From: Planctomycetota bacterium | GTDB lineage: Bacteria; Planctomycetota; B15-G4 | Assembly: GCA_965248575.1 (NCBI GenBank) | Contig: CBDFJQ010000002.1 | Span: 1,856,001-1,920,000, forward strand | Direction of reading: 5' to 3' | DNA length: 64,000 nucleotides | The notes under the pieces: generated by a model | What the model saw: only the letters and a program-made list of their open reading frames with translations | Database searches by the model: none | Told to the model about the DNA's origin: nothing | Translations under genes and position numbers: made by a program | In this document: one piece after another, positions 1-8,978 of the stretch | How the letters are laid out: every line of letters begins with the position of its first letter | How positions within the stretch are numbered: position 1 is the first letter of the stretch

Positions 1-2106
1 GAACACCACCGGCGTGTCCAAGGGGAACAGCCGTTCGAAGCGCCCCCCGTCCAATCCATTGGGGTACTTCTGCGGAACGCCCAAGGCCATCAGGTTGGCG
101 ACGTTCACGACGCGCACGCGCCACTGGGGTACTTCCCGTCGCAGGATGTCCGCTGCGGCCAGCACCTCGGTCGTCAGCACGTCCCCGCAACCAGCCAGGA
201 CCACATCGGGCTCTTCGCCGCCATCCGTACTGGCCCAGCGCCACACCGACGCACCCACCTCGCAGTGTTCCCGAGCCTCCTCCATGGACAACCACTGCTG
301 CGCAGGCTGCTTGCCCGCGATCACCAGGTTGATGCTGTCCGTGGACGTGAAGCAGCGCTCCATGATGTGCAGCAGGCAGTTGGCGTCCGGCGGCAAGAAG
401 ATGTTGTAGGTGTGCCCCTTCTTGGTGAGCAGGTTGTTGATGAAGCCTGGGCCTTGGTGGCTGTAGCCGTTGTGCTCCTGGCGCCACGCTGCCGACGACA
501 ACAGGTAGTTCAGGGATGACACCGGTTGGCGCCACCCCGTCTCCAGCGAGGCCTTCAGGAACTTGGCGTACTGATTCATCATGCCGTCGATGATGGGCAG
601 GAAGGCCTCGTAGCACGGGAACAGGCCGTGCCGACCGGTGAGCAGATAACCCTGCAACCAGCCCTGGCAGTTGTGCTCGCTGAGCACCTCCATCACCCGC
701 CCCGAAGGGCCCACATTCTCCGAACCCTCCGGGATCGGCCAGGTGTACTGACGGTCCGTGACCTCCAAGACGGCACCGATGCGGTTGGACTCCAACTCAT
801 CGGGGCAGAAGATGCGGAAGTTGTTCGCGTTGTGGGGATGACCCACCACGTCGCGCAGCCAACCACCCAAGGTGGACATGCCACTGACGATGGTTCCGCC
901 GCGCTCATCGGCCGGTCCGGTGTCCACCGCATGCTCGTTCACATCAGGCAAGGCCAGGGGGCGGCGCAGACTGCCACCGAAGGCATGCGGGTTCATCGCC
1001 ATGCGCTTCTCGCCTGTAGGGCAGAGGTCCAGCAGATCCTGTGCGGGGCGCCCGTCCTGATCGAAGAGTTCCTCCGGCTTGTAGCTCCGCAGCCAGCTTT
1101 CGATGATGGCGAGGTGTTCAGGGTTTCCGCGCGGGTCCTTGGCCGGCACCTGGTGCGAACGATGGGTGCCTTCCACTTGCTTGCCGTTCACTTCCTTCGG
1201 GCCCGTCCAGCCCTTGGGCGTCTGCAGCACCAGCATGGGCCAGCGTGGGCGCTCAACAGGCATGCCGGCGCGGGCGTCCAGCTGGATCTGCTCGATCTGA
1301 CGGTGGGCCCAGTCCATGGCCTCCGTCATGTCGGCGTCGACGCGCTCACTCAGTTTCACGAAGCGCACGTCCCAACCATAACCCTCGAACAACTGGGTCA
1401 TCTCGACGTCGGTCATGGTGCCGAAGATCGACGGGTTGGCGATCTTGTGCCCGTTCACATGCAGGATCGGCAGCACGGCACCGTCGGTGGCGGGGTTCAT
1501 GAACTTCGTGCTGTGCCACGCACCGGCCGTGGGCCCCGTCTCCGCCTCACCGTCGCCCACGATGCAGGCCACGAGCAGGTTGGGGTTGTCCATGGCTGCT
1601 CCGAAGGCCGTGGACAGGGCGTAGCCCAGCTCACCACCCTCGTGGATGACACCTGGGTAGTCGGGCGTCAGGTGGCTCGGAAACGCATCCGGCCAACTGA
1701 ACCACTTGAGAAACGTCCCCAAGCCCTCCTCATCGCGACTGAGTTCCGCGAAGAACTCCGTCAGCGTCCCTTCGAGATACATATTCGCCAGGTTCGCGGC
1801 GGCCCCGTGGCCCGGGCCCGTCACCAGCAGCACGCTGCGGTCAGTGTCCAGGATCAGGCGGTTGAGGTGTTGGTACACCAGGTTGATCCCGGGTGCCGTC
1901 CCCCAGTGACCCAACAAGCGCTCCTTGATGTGCTCCGGCCGAAGCGGGCTGCGCAACAAGGGGTTGCCCTTGAGGTAGATCTGCGCTGCAGCGAGGTAGT
2001 TCACCGCGCGGCGGTAACGCTTCACCGACTCCTCGTGAGGTCTGGCGACTTCCTCAGTAACAGTGATGTCGTTCAGCTGCGGAAGGCTGTGCGTGCTGTC
2101 GCTCAT
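1..2106 (-). CDS. xfp: Phosphoketolase (xylulose-5-P/fructose-6-P phosphoketolase), 3' end runs off the window
   Basis: Not in the ORF track because it is truncated. Manual translation from ATG 2106 gives MSDSTHSLP...RYRRAVNYLAAAQIYLKGNPLL...HIKERLLGHWGTAPGINLVY, then GPGHG, HEGGELGY and GDGEAETG (TPP-binding) motifs. GAGGTGG RBS-like sequence upstream. Confidence 0.95.
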   Translation of the reverse strand, partial: MSDSTHSLPQLNDITVTEEVARPHEESVKRYRRAVNYLAAAQIYLKGNPLLRSPLRPEHIKERLLGHWGTAPGINLVYQHLNRLILDTDRSVLLVTGPGHGAAANLANMYLEGTLTEFFAELSRDEEGLGTFLKWFSWPDAFPSHLTPDYPGVIHEGGELGYALSTAFGAAMDNPNLLVACIVGDGEAETGPTAGAWHSTKFMNPATDGAVLPILHVNGHKIANPSIFGTMTDVEMTQLFEGYGWDVRFVKLSERVDADMTEAMDWAHRQIEQIQLDARAGMPVERPRWPMLVLQTPKGWTGPKEVNGKQVEGTHRSHQVPAKDPRGNPEHLAIIESWLRSYKPEELFDQDGRPAQDLLDLCPTGEKRMAMNPHAFGGSLRRPLALPDVNEHAVDTGPADERGGTIVSGMSTLGGWLRDVVGHPHNANNFRIFCPDELESNRIGAVLEVTDRQYTWPIPEGSENVGPSGRVMEVLSEHNCQGWLQGYLLTGRHGLFPCYEAFLPIIDGMMNQYAKFLKASLETGWRQPVSSLNYLLSSAAWRQEHNGYSHQGPGFINNLLTKKGHTYNIFLPPDANCLLHIMERCFTSTDSINLVIAGKQPAQQWLSMEEAREHCEVGASVWRWASTDGGEEPDVVLAGCGDVLTTEVLAAADILRREVPQWRVRVVNVANLMALGVPQKYPNGLDGGRFERLFPLDTPVVF

Positions 2107-2378
2107 GGATCCACCTCGGCGGGTTTGGACCCGCTTCCGGCGGTTTCGCAGTCATGCGAACCATCAAGCGGCCTCAGGTCTCACCGACCTTTCGGTCACT
2201 GGTGAAGGTCTGCTTGATGGCTCCGAACAGCTTTTCACTGCGGAACGAGGTTCTGCGCTCGCGGCCGGATCAAGACACTCTCGCGGCTCTCATGGACGCA
2301 AACCCATCACGAGACACTCTCGCAGCCGAACCCACACTTTCGACGGACCCTCAGCAACGGAAGAGTGTCCGTTGGCCC

Positions 2379-4499
2379 CTAGCGCGCCGCCGCAGCGTTT
2401 CGCAGGAGATTCAGGGCGTGGTCGAGGTAGTTGGCCGAGTTGCTCATGCCGGTGCTGTGGCACCAGCCCGAGATGTGGCCCATGTTGTTGCCGCCCGAGA
2501 GGATCCCCTTGCTGCGCTCCACCACGCCGTCGTTGGGGCTGGAGAGGAAGAGGTTGGTCAGGCTGTTGCAGGCCGAGCCGCTGTTCTGGGTGGTCCAGAA
2601 GAACACCTCGGAGCGAGCCCAGGACGGAATGCCTGCCAACCAAACCGTCGCCCCACCGGAAGACAGGTCGTCGTTGGACCCGCAACCCACGCCGAAGATG
2701 CCACCGAGACCCGCCAGGGTGCTGGCGAGGGGGCTGCCCAACCAAGGGCTGGCGACGGCCTGGATCAGGCGCCCGCCCTGCGCCATGTCGAGCCCGCTCT
2801 GGTAGTAGGTGAACAGGTGCAGCCCGGCGTTGCCGCCTTGGCTGTGGGCCAGCAATCCAAAGGAGTCGAGCTGGGAACCGAAGTCGCCGAGCAGTTGGGC
2901 AAAGGCGTCGTGGCTTCGATTCTGGTCGGGGTCGTTGAACTGGATCGCTTGCCCCGTGAAGTCCTGCGACGGCCAGATGCCGCCACCCGAGCAGTAACCA
3001 TGGCTCAGGAGGAGCCCCCGCAAGAAGGGGGCGGGTGTGCCGCCAACGGTGGTGGTCGCCCCGCCGGCTCTCAGGTCCACACCCACAGGGGAAGGCCCCA
3101 TGGTCATGTCCTTGAGGATGGCGCCAGGAGGGGCGCCCCACAACAAGGGGGCCGCCACGTCCTCGAGCCGCACACGGTCCCAGGTGTCGACAGGGACTTC
3201 CGTGTCCGGGTCCTGGATGCGGAGCGCACGAAGCTCCAGCGGTGCAGTCACTCCCGCCCGGTTCAGCCAGCGGACGTCCAAGGCGAGGGGCAGGGCAGCA
3301 CCTGCACCCGGAGACATGCCAGGTCTCGGTGTCACCATGGAGGACAACCAGCAGACAGGTTGCAGCTCACCGCTCGGCCCCGTGCCCCAGACCTCGGTCG
3401 AGACATGAAGTTTGGGCGCCGACTCCGCGCCGGCGAAGACCCACGCTCCGATGTCCAACCCCAGGCGCGTGTCGTCGAGCACCGTTGTCGTCACTTCGCC
3501 TGACAGGACAGCCGAGCGCTCCACCAACTGAAACGCGTGCTCAGCACTACGCAGGACGGTACGCCCCTGGGCATCGGCGCCCGAGGCCAGCACCTGGGCG
3601 AAGACGTTCCCGCGCGGCAAGGCCGGCATGATCGCACCAAAGACGCCGTCCCCCGCGACGCCATCGCTGTGCAGACCGTCGTCAGCCATGGGGAGCAACC
3701 ACTCCTTGCCCGCGGGCTCGGAGCTTTGGGGAGCTCGCACATGCAACATCATGGTCACGTCTTGGGTCACGTCTCGGGCCAAGGCTGCGCCCCCTGCATC
3801 CCAACTCGCCAACACGCCGATGGGGTCCCCCGCCACCAGGGCATGGGTGGCCAGCCAGCTCTCCAAGACCGCGCTGGGTTCACTCCCTTCGCCAAGCTCC
3901 TTCAGCAACAGATAGGCCTCGGGGGCCACGGTCCGCTGTGTGGAAGTCCCCAGCTGGATCTTCAGCTCCCAGCGCCCCGCCTCGCGCGGCATCTGGAGAT
4001 CGGTCCGCCTGGCTTGGAAGCCGGGAAGAAGCTCGTCCAGCCTGCCTTCCATCTGCTGCGCTCGCCCCGCATTGCGGAGTTGTTCCAGACTCCGAACCGT
4101 CCCGGAGGGGTCGATGAGTTCCACCTCCCACTGGGACGCGCTGGGCGCCAAGGGAAGCAACGACAGACGCCCCAAGCCCGCCAGGGGTAGCTGGGCCCGC
4201 GCAAGCCAGACACCTGGTTTCGAGGGCTGCGCTTCGAAGCGCAACCGGAGCAGGGCACTCTGCGACCACACAGCTGTCGCCCGCGGCTCCGGCAAGCGGA
4301 CGAGCCCGGACAGGATGTCCTCGGGTCCTGCAGCGACCTGGCGCGGGACCAGCACCGCTGCAGGCGACTGTTGGGCCGACACACCCCCACTCAGCCAGCT
4401 GGTCGACTCCAGCAGGCACAGAACCAGCGCTGCGTGACACGCGCGTCTGAAGGCAGACGAGCGCCCCGACTCGGTGCAGCCAGCAGACCCGTGAATCAT
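2379..4499 (-). CDS. Secreted conditioned-medium-factor-like protein (choice-of-anchor X motif plus C-terminal alpha/beta-hydrolase-like domain)
   Basis: Signal-peptide-like N-terminus; MADDGLHSDGVAGDGVFG motif; C-terminal LLSHGYCS...NRSHDAFA...AHSQGG...CH.TGM domain. Exact start uncertain. Confidence 0.75.
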   Translation of the reverse strand: MIHGSAGCTESGRSSAFRRACHAALVLCLLESTSWLSGGVSAQQSPAAVLVPRQVAAGPEDILSGLVRLPEPRATAVWSQSALLRLRFEAQPSKPGVWLARAQLPLAGLGRLSLLPLAPSASQWEVELIDPSGTVRSLEQLRNAGRAQQMEGRLDELLPGFQARRTDLQMPREAGRWELKIQLGTSTQRTVAPEAYLLLKELGEGSEPSAVLESWLATHALVAGDPIGVLASWDAGGAALARDVTQDVTMMLHVRAPQSSEPAGKEWLLPMADDGLHSDGVAGDGVFGAIMPALPRGNVFAQVLASGADAQGRTVLRSAEHAFQLVERSAVLSGEVTTTVLDDTRLGLDIGAWVFAGAESAPKLHVSTEVWGTGPSGELQPVCWLSSMVTPRPGMSPGAGAALPLALDVRWLNRAGVTAPLELRALRIQDPDTEVPVDTWDRVRLEDVAAPLLWGAPPGAILKDMTMGPSPVGVDLRAGGATTTVGGTPAPFLRGLLLSHGYCSGGGIWPSQDFTGQAIQFNDPDQNRSHDAFAQLLGDFGSQLDSFGLLAHSQGGNAGLHLFTYYQSGLDMAQGGRLIQAVASPWLGSPLASTLAGLGGIFGVGCGSNDDLSSGGATVWLAGIPSWARSEVFFWTTQNSGSACNSLTNLFLSSPNDGVVERSKGILSGGNNMGHISGWCHSTGMSNSANYLDHALNLLRNAAAAR

Positions 4500-4507
4500 G
4501 GTCAGCC

Positions 4508-5599
4508 CTAAGGCGTCGTGGCCTTGACGGCGTTCGACAAGGTGATGTTGTGGATCACCGACGGGTCATCGAGCAGGAACTGGAACCAGATCTCGGTTCC
4601 GGTGGGGATCCCCAGCGGCCAGGGTGTCGACAGCTGCAAGCTGCCCAGGAAGTTGCTGAAGAAGAACAGCTGGTTCAGGATCGGCAGCGGGTAGATCGTG
4701 CCTCCGAAGAAGTTCTGCGGGTTGGACTGCAAGGAGTACCAGGCCAGCACCAGTCCGTTCGGCGGCGCGTTGGTCAGCAACAGCGTTGCGGTTTGACCGC
4801 CGATCAAAGTTCCCGAACCCACGAGGGTCGGGAAGCCGTTGATGCCGAACGTCCCGCCACCCAGGTCTTCCCAGGTGCCCAGGCCGCCGGCGTCTTCGGT
4901 GCAGGCACGGATCACCCAGTTGCCAGCATAGGCCGACGGGCACAGGACGAGAATGGGCGGCAAGGGCCCCCACGTTGCTGGGTCAACCCAACCCGACGTC
5001 AGCTCGTCCAGGAGGTTGACTCCCGGAGGGCAAAGTCCGGCACCCCCGTTGTCCGTGAAGAAGTTCGCCGCGGCGCCGCCCGCCGGGCAGCCCGGGAAGA
5101 ACACGTTGATGTTCATGCGGAAGGCGACGACGTAGTCATCACTCACTTCCACGTTGTAGGGCGACATGTCGAAGGTGTTGATGGACGTGCTCGTCACCTG
5201 CATCGACTGCGCGAAGTCAGCGTTCAGGTCGAAAATCTTGGTACCCAGGGACGCTGTCCCGTTGGGATTGAACGTCACCCCGCCTTCATAAACCTCGACG
5301 TTGAGGGTGGCGTCGAAACCGGCTCCGCCTGCCGCATGTCCAAAGCCCACAGCCACCTGGGTGAGGCGCTGGGTGCCCATGCCGAGGGGCATCTCGAAGT
5401 ACGTGCCAATGGCCTCGCCCTCACACAGCCCAGGGATGATGCTGATGTTCTGGGGAGAGCCGCCGGGGTTGTCCGGCAGGATGTCGTTCTTCCAGAAAGT
5501 GTCCGTGCCGTTGGGGCAGGTCTGAGCTGAAAGAGCGGGGGCGAACAGCCCGGCCGCAGCCGCGCACGCAAGAGCACTGGTGAGGAGAAAGTGACGCAT
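4508..5599 (-). CDS. Secreted Cys-containing hypothetical protein with conserved C-terminal W.DLG...SNAV.ATTP domain
   Basis: ATG 5599 gives the signal peptide MRHFLLTSALACAAAAGLFAPALSA; the last ~120 aa align by eye with the C-terminus of the neighbouring protein. Confidence 0.8.
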   Translation of the reverse strand: MRHFLLTSALACAAAAGLFAPALSAQTCPNGTDTFWKNDILPDNPGGSPQNISIIPGLCEGEAIGTYFEMPLGMGTQRLTQVAVGFGHAAGGAGFDATLNVEVYEGGVTFNPNGTASLGTKIFDLNADFAQSMQVTSTSINTFDMSPYNVEVSDDYVVAFRMNINVFFPGCPAGGAAANFFTDNGGAGLCPPGVNLLDELTSGWVDPATWGPLPPILVLCPSAYAGNWVIRACTEDAGGLGTWEDLGGGTFGINGFPTLVGSGTLIGGQTATLLLTNAPPNGLVLAWYSLQSNPQNFFGGTIYPLPILNQLFFFSNFLGSLQLSTPWPLGIPTGTEIWFQFLLDDPSVIHNITLSNAVKATTP

Positions 5600-5801
5600 T
5601 GCCGTGATAATCCCGAGAGGCCAAGGTTGCCGATGCCGCGTTTCCCTGCGACGAAGAATACCAGAGCCTCGAAAACCTGCAGGCCTCCAGGCGTGTGACA
5701 TCTTCGGGCCAGACCGCCTCCCCGACGCCGTGGGCGCACGGAGCCTTCACGGACCTCTTTGGACCCACCCGGGACTTTTAGGAGGAGAGCAGCCCCACTC
5801 T

Positions 5802-6848
5802 CTACGGAGTCGTCGCCATCACGGCGTTGCTTCCGGAGAAGCCAAAGGGCGCCCCACCATCCATCACCCAGAACTGCGCGTAGATGTCGATGTCCCCCGG
5901 CAAACCCGCCGGCCAGAGCGCGGACAGCTGCAAGTTCCCGCTCGCGCCCGTTCCGAAAGGAATCAGAAAGCCGGAGGGGCTGACGATGTCAGGCACGAAC
6001 ACACCGCCGAAGAACGGAACGTCGATTCGGTCGAAGCCCACGGCCAACCACGCCGTGCTGTTCTCCAGCGCGTCGTCCAGCGTCATGTCGAGAGTCGTGC
6101 CTGCACACAGCGAACCATCCGCCACGAGAGCGGGCAGACCGTTCGTCCCGGCGAGGGCCAGGCCGAGGTCTGTCCAGAGATTCGTCGGGTCATCCGTGCG
6201 AGTGAAGGTGAAGGTCCCCATCGGCCCGGTGCCGTTGAAGGGGAAACCCAGGATCGGCGCGATGGGGTCGGCGGGGTTGGTGTCCAGGTTCAGCGACGGG
6301 AAGTCCACGCCGCTGTCGGTTCCCGCGTCGTAGGAGAAGAGATTGACGACTTTCGAATCGACCCAGTCCCCGTTCTCGAACATGGACAAGCCCGAAACGC
6401 CCAGGAACCAGTCCGGGCTGGGCGCGATCATGGTGACCACGGTCACCTCCGGGTGCTGAAGGCTCACGCTGAAGCTGGCGTTGGCAAAGCCCGGCAGGTT
6501 GAAGACCGCGCCACCGCTGATCAGCTGCAAGGCCTGTCCGCTGCCAACCGCCGAGCTGACTTCGAGCGCCAGGCTGGTCTTGGAGCCCGTCTCCGCCATG
6601 GACTCGATGCCCGTGCTGGCCAGGCCGCCCGGTTCCCAGAACTTGATGCTGCTGTCGTGGCTCGCACCCACGAGCCCGGAGAAGTGCGCGCCAGCCGGAA
6701 AGTTCACCGGGTGCGTTGTGGCACTCCAAAGGGTGTCGAAACGGACCGTATAGGTCGCGGTGTCATCGCTGAACGCACCAGCGAGAGGGGAGAAGGCGCA
6801 CAGCGCAAAGGCCATCGCGAGCGAGCGCAACACGGAAGTCGTGTTCAT
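5802..6848 (-). CDS. Secreted Spondin_N domain protein with the same C-terminal domain
   Basis: Signal peptide; Spondin_N motifs W...THP..FP...HFS.LVGASH, G.LAS.G...MAETG, MIAPSPDWFLG and YDAGTDSG. Confidence 0.9.
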   Translation of the reverse strand: MNTTSVLRSLAMAFALCAFSPLAGAFSDDTATYTVRFDTLWSATTHPVNFPAGAHFSGLVGASHDSSIKFWEPGGLASTGIESMAETGSKTSLALEVSSAVGSGQALQLISGGAVFNLPGFANASFSVSLQHPEVTVVTMIAPSPDWFLGVSGLSMFENGDWVDSKVVNLFSYDAGTDSGVDFPSLNLDTNPADPIAPILGFPFNGTGPMGTFTFTRTDDPTNLWTDLGLALAGTNGLPALVADGSLCAGTTLDMTLDDALENSTAWLAVGFDRIDVPFFGGVFVPDIVSPSGFLIPFGTGASGNLQLSALWPAGLPGDIDIYAQFWVMDGGAPFGFSGSNAVMATTP

Positions 6849-6976
6849 TTCGAGGTCCGGGAAGTCGGGAATTCGGGGGAGAGCGTCGGGGTCGGGAGGT
6901 TTCGATGCTGCTGCTTCGGAAAGGTTACCAGCAGCCCAGGATTCTCGGCGGGTCGGGCCCCCCGTCGGGCAAGCCC

Positions 6977-8806
6977 CTAGAAGGACGCTTCCAGCAGCGC
7001 CCGAGTCTCGGCCTCCAGCGCCTCCGCCTCCGTTTGCAGGGCCTCCAGCTGGCTGCGTTGCTGCGAGACCCAGGCTGCGTCGGTGATCGAGGGCAGGTTG
7101 ATGCGCACGTTGTAGATAGCTCCCAGGACTCCTGCCCTCGCCAGCAGCGCCCCCACTCCTGCGTCCGTCACGGAGGCGGGAAGGCCCTTCTCCGCCATCA
7201 CCCGACAGAAGCGCAGGACCTCCAGGCAGAGCTCTGCCGTCCGGAGCGGCACGGCCGTCGCCTGCTTGTAGCCGTCCTGGATCGCTTGCAGCCGTACAGC
7301 CGCTTCGGCCTCCGTGCCCTTCGGCATGCGCATGGCCATCAGCACATCGTTGAAGGCAGCCGTGTCCTCGTCCACCGCCCGCATCAGGTCGTCCTTGTGC
7401 ACCTGCAGGGCCATGGCGGCCGCTTCCATCTCCTCGCGCAGCGCCTCCATCCCCTTCTTGGAATGGCTGAGGTTCGCCACCATGGAACCCAGCGCAGCGC
7501 CCAAGGACCCCACCAGGGCCGCGACGGATCCACCGCCCGGTGCTGGGGTCGAACGCGACACTTCGTCCGCAAAGTCATTCAGCTTCATGGACGCCAGGGC
7601 ACCGTCGGTGGTCGGCAGGCCGAGCACGGCCTTCTCGGCTTCGAAGGAGCCCACGTCCCGTAGCCCCATGGACTGGGCAGCCGTCTCCACGACGTCCGCA
7701 ACGGGAACGCCCCGACTCGCACCCTGCTGCGCCAGGTAGTACTCGCCGCTCTCCTTGATGGCCGCATAGGGCACCAGGCCCACGAGTTCGGAACCCGTGA
7801 CGGCCAGCCCTCGCGCGCGCGCCAACTCGCGACAACTCTCAAGCACAGCGTGCGCAGGCGTCAGCTTGAAATTGGTGAGATTGAGCGAGATCTGCGCCCG
7901 GTTGTACTCGGGGATCACCCAACCCACGCCGCGACACTCGCGGAAGCTGCCTCGCCGCATGACGTTGACGCCTTCGAGCGCAGAGGAGTCACGCCCGAAG
8001 AACTCCCATTCCTCTGCCATGTCCATGTCGTGAGCGGCGCGCGCGTGCTCCGTCAGCGTGGCTTCGTCCGTGGCGACCTCGCTGCAGTAGGCGCAGGGCC
8101 AGACGCCCTTGGACGGGTAGTACTTCTGGAGCGCTCCGCTGGCATAGAACGCATTCCCCTGCTCCCGGCGCACAGCCCGTCCGGTCTCCCGGACCTCCCC
8201 CGCGATGTCGTCGGCGTGCATCTTGTGCCTAGAATTCAGGTTCACGTTGTAGGCGATCAAGAACTCCCTCGCCCCCACCGTGACAACGCCCGCCTTGGCG
8301 TGGAACTCGGCCGGACCGAAGTCGGGCTTCCATTCCGGGTCCTTCATCTTGTCGGGCAGGGCTTCGTACTCCCCCGCGCGCACCTTGGCGAGCGACCGGC
8401 GCGACGGCAAGAGAGCCGCCTGGTCGTACATGTAGACCGGGATGCCGAGCTCGTCGCCGATGCGCTTGCCTACGACCCGAGCGATCTCCACGCACTCCTC
8501 CATGCTCACACCCGAGACTGGGACGAAGGGGCAGACGTCGGTGGCACCGTGACGGGCGTGGGTGCCTTGTTGGGTGCGCATGTCGAGCACTTCGGCGGCG
8601 CGAGCCACGGCGCGCACGGCCGCCTCGCCGATGTGCTCCGGCGAGCCCACCAGCGTCACGACGGTGCGGTTGGTCTCGGCACCCGGGTCCACGTCCAGGA
8701 TGCGCACCTCGGGCACCTCGCGCACCGCGTCCAGGATCTGCTCGATCTTCTGGAGATCGCGCCCCTCGGAAAAGTTGGGCACGCACTCAACCAGTCGTTC
8801 GCTCAT
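6977..8806 (-). CDS. ftcD: Bifunctional glutamate formimidoyltransferase / formimidoyltetrahydrofolate cyclodeaminase, with a C2H2-like insertion
   Basis: LVECVPNFSEGR, NRTVVT, H.R.GATDVCPFVP and GAREFLIAYNVNL; C-terminal cyclodeaminase motifs PAPGGGSVAA, DEDT.AF and YNVRINL. Confidence 0.95.
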   Translation of the reverse strand: MSERLVECVPNFSEGRDLQKIEQILDAVREVPEVRILDVDPGAETNRTVVTLVGSPEHIGEAAVRAVARAAEVLDMRTQQGTHARHGATDVCPFVPVSGVSMEECVEIARVVGKRIGDELGIPVYMYDQAALLPSRRSLAKVRAGEYEALPDKMKDPEWKPDFGPAEFHAKAGVVTVGAREFLIAYNVNLNSRHKMHADDIAGEVRETGRAVRREQGNAFYASGALQKYYPSKGVWPCAYCSEVATDEATLTEHARAAHDMDMAEEWEFFGRDSSALEGVNVMRRGSFRECRGVGWVIPEYNRAQISLNLTNFKLTPAHAVLESCRELARARGLAVTGSELVGLVPYAAIKESGEYYLAQQGASRGVPVADVVETAAQSMGLRDVGSFEAEKAVLGLPTTDGALASMKLNDFADEVSRSTPAPGGGSVAALVGSLGAALGSMVANLSHSKKGMEALREEMEAAAMALQVHKDDLMRAVDEDTAAFNDVLMAMRMPKGTEAEAAVRLQAIQDGYKQATAVPLRTAELCLEVLRFCRVMAEKGLPASVTDAGVGALLARAGVLGAIYNVRINLPSITDAAWVSQQRSQLEALQTEAEALEAETRALLEASF

Positions 8807-8978
8807 CGTCGCCAGCACTCCGTGTTGCGCTCACAGGTTGGCTGCGGGACCCATCCGCACACCACCGTCGAGCCGCCGTTGGAAAACGGCGCAGTCTAGC
8901 GCTGGGGATCGCAAAGGTCCCGCTCGGAGTTCTGCTCGCCGAGGGCCGCGAAGCCGGGCTTTCGATCCGTGCTTCTGG

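Noticed and set aside
526..2205. 559-aa plus-strand ORF
   Set aside because: Antisense shadow of the minus-strand phosphoketolase; no motifs of its own.
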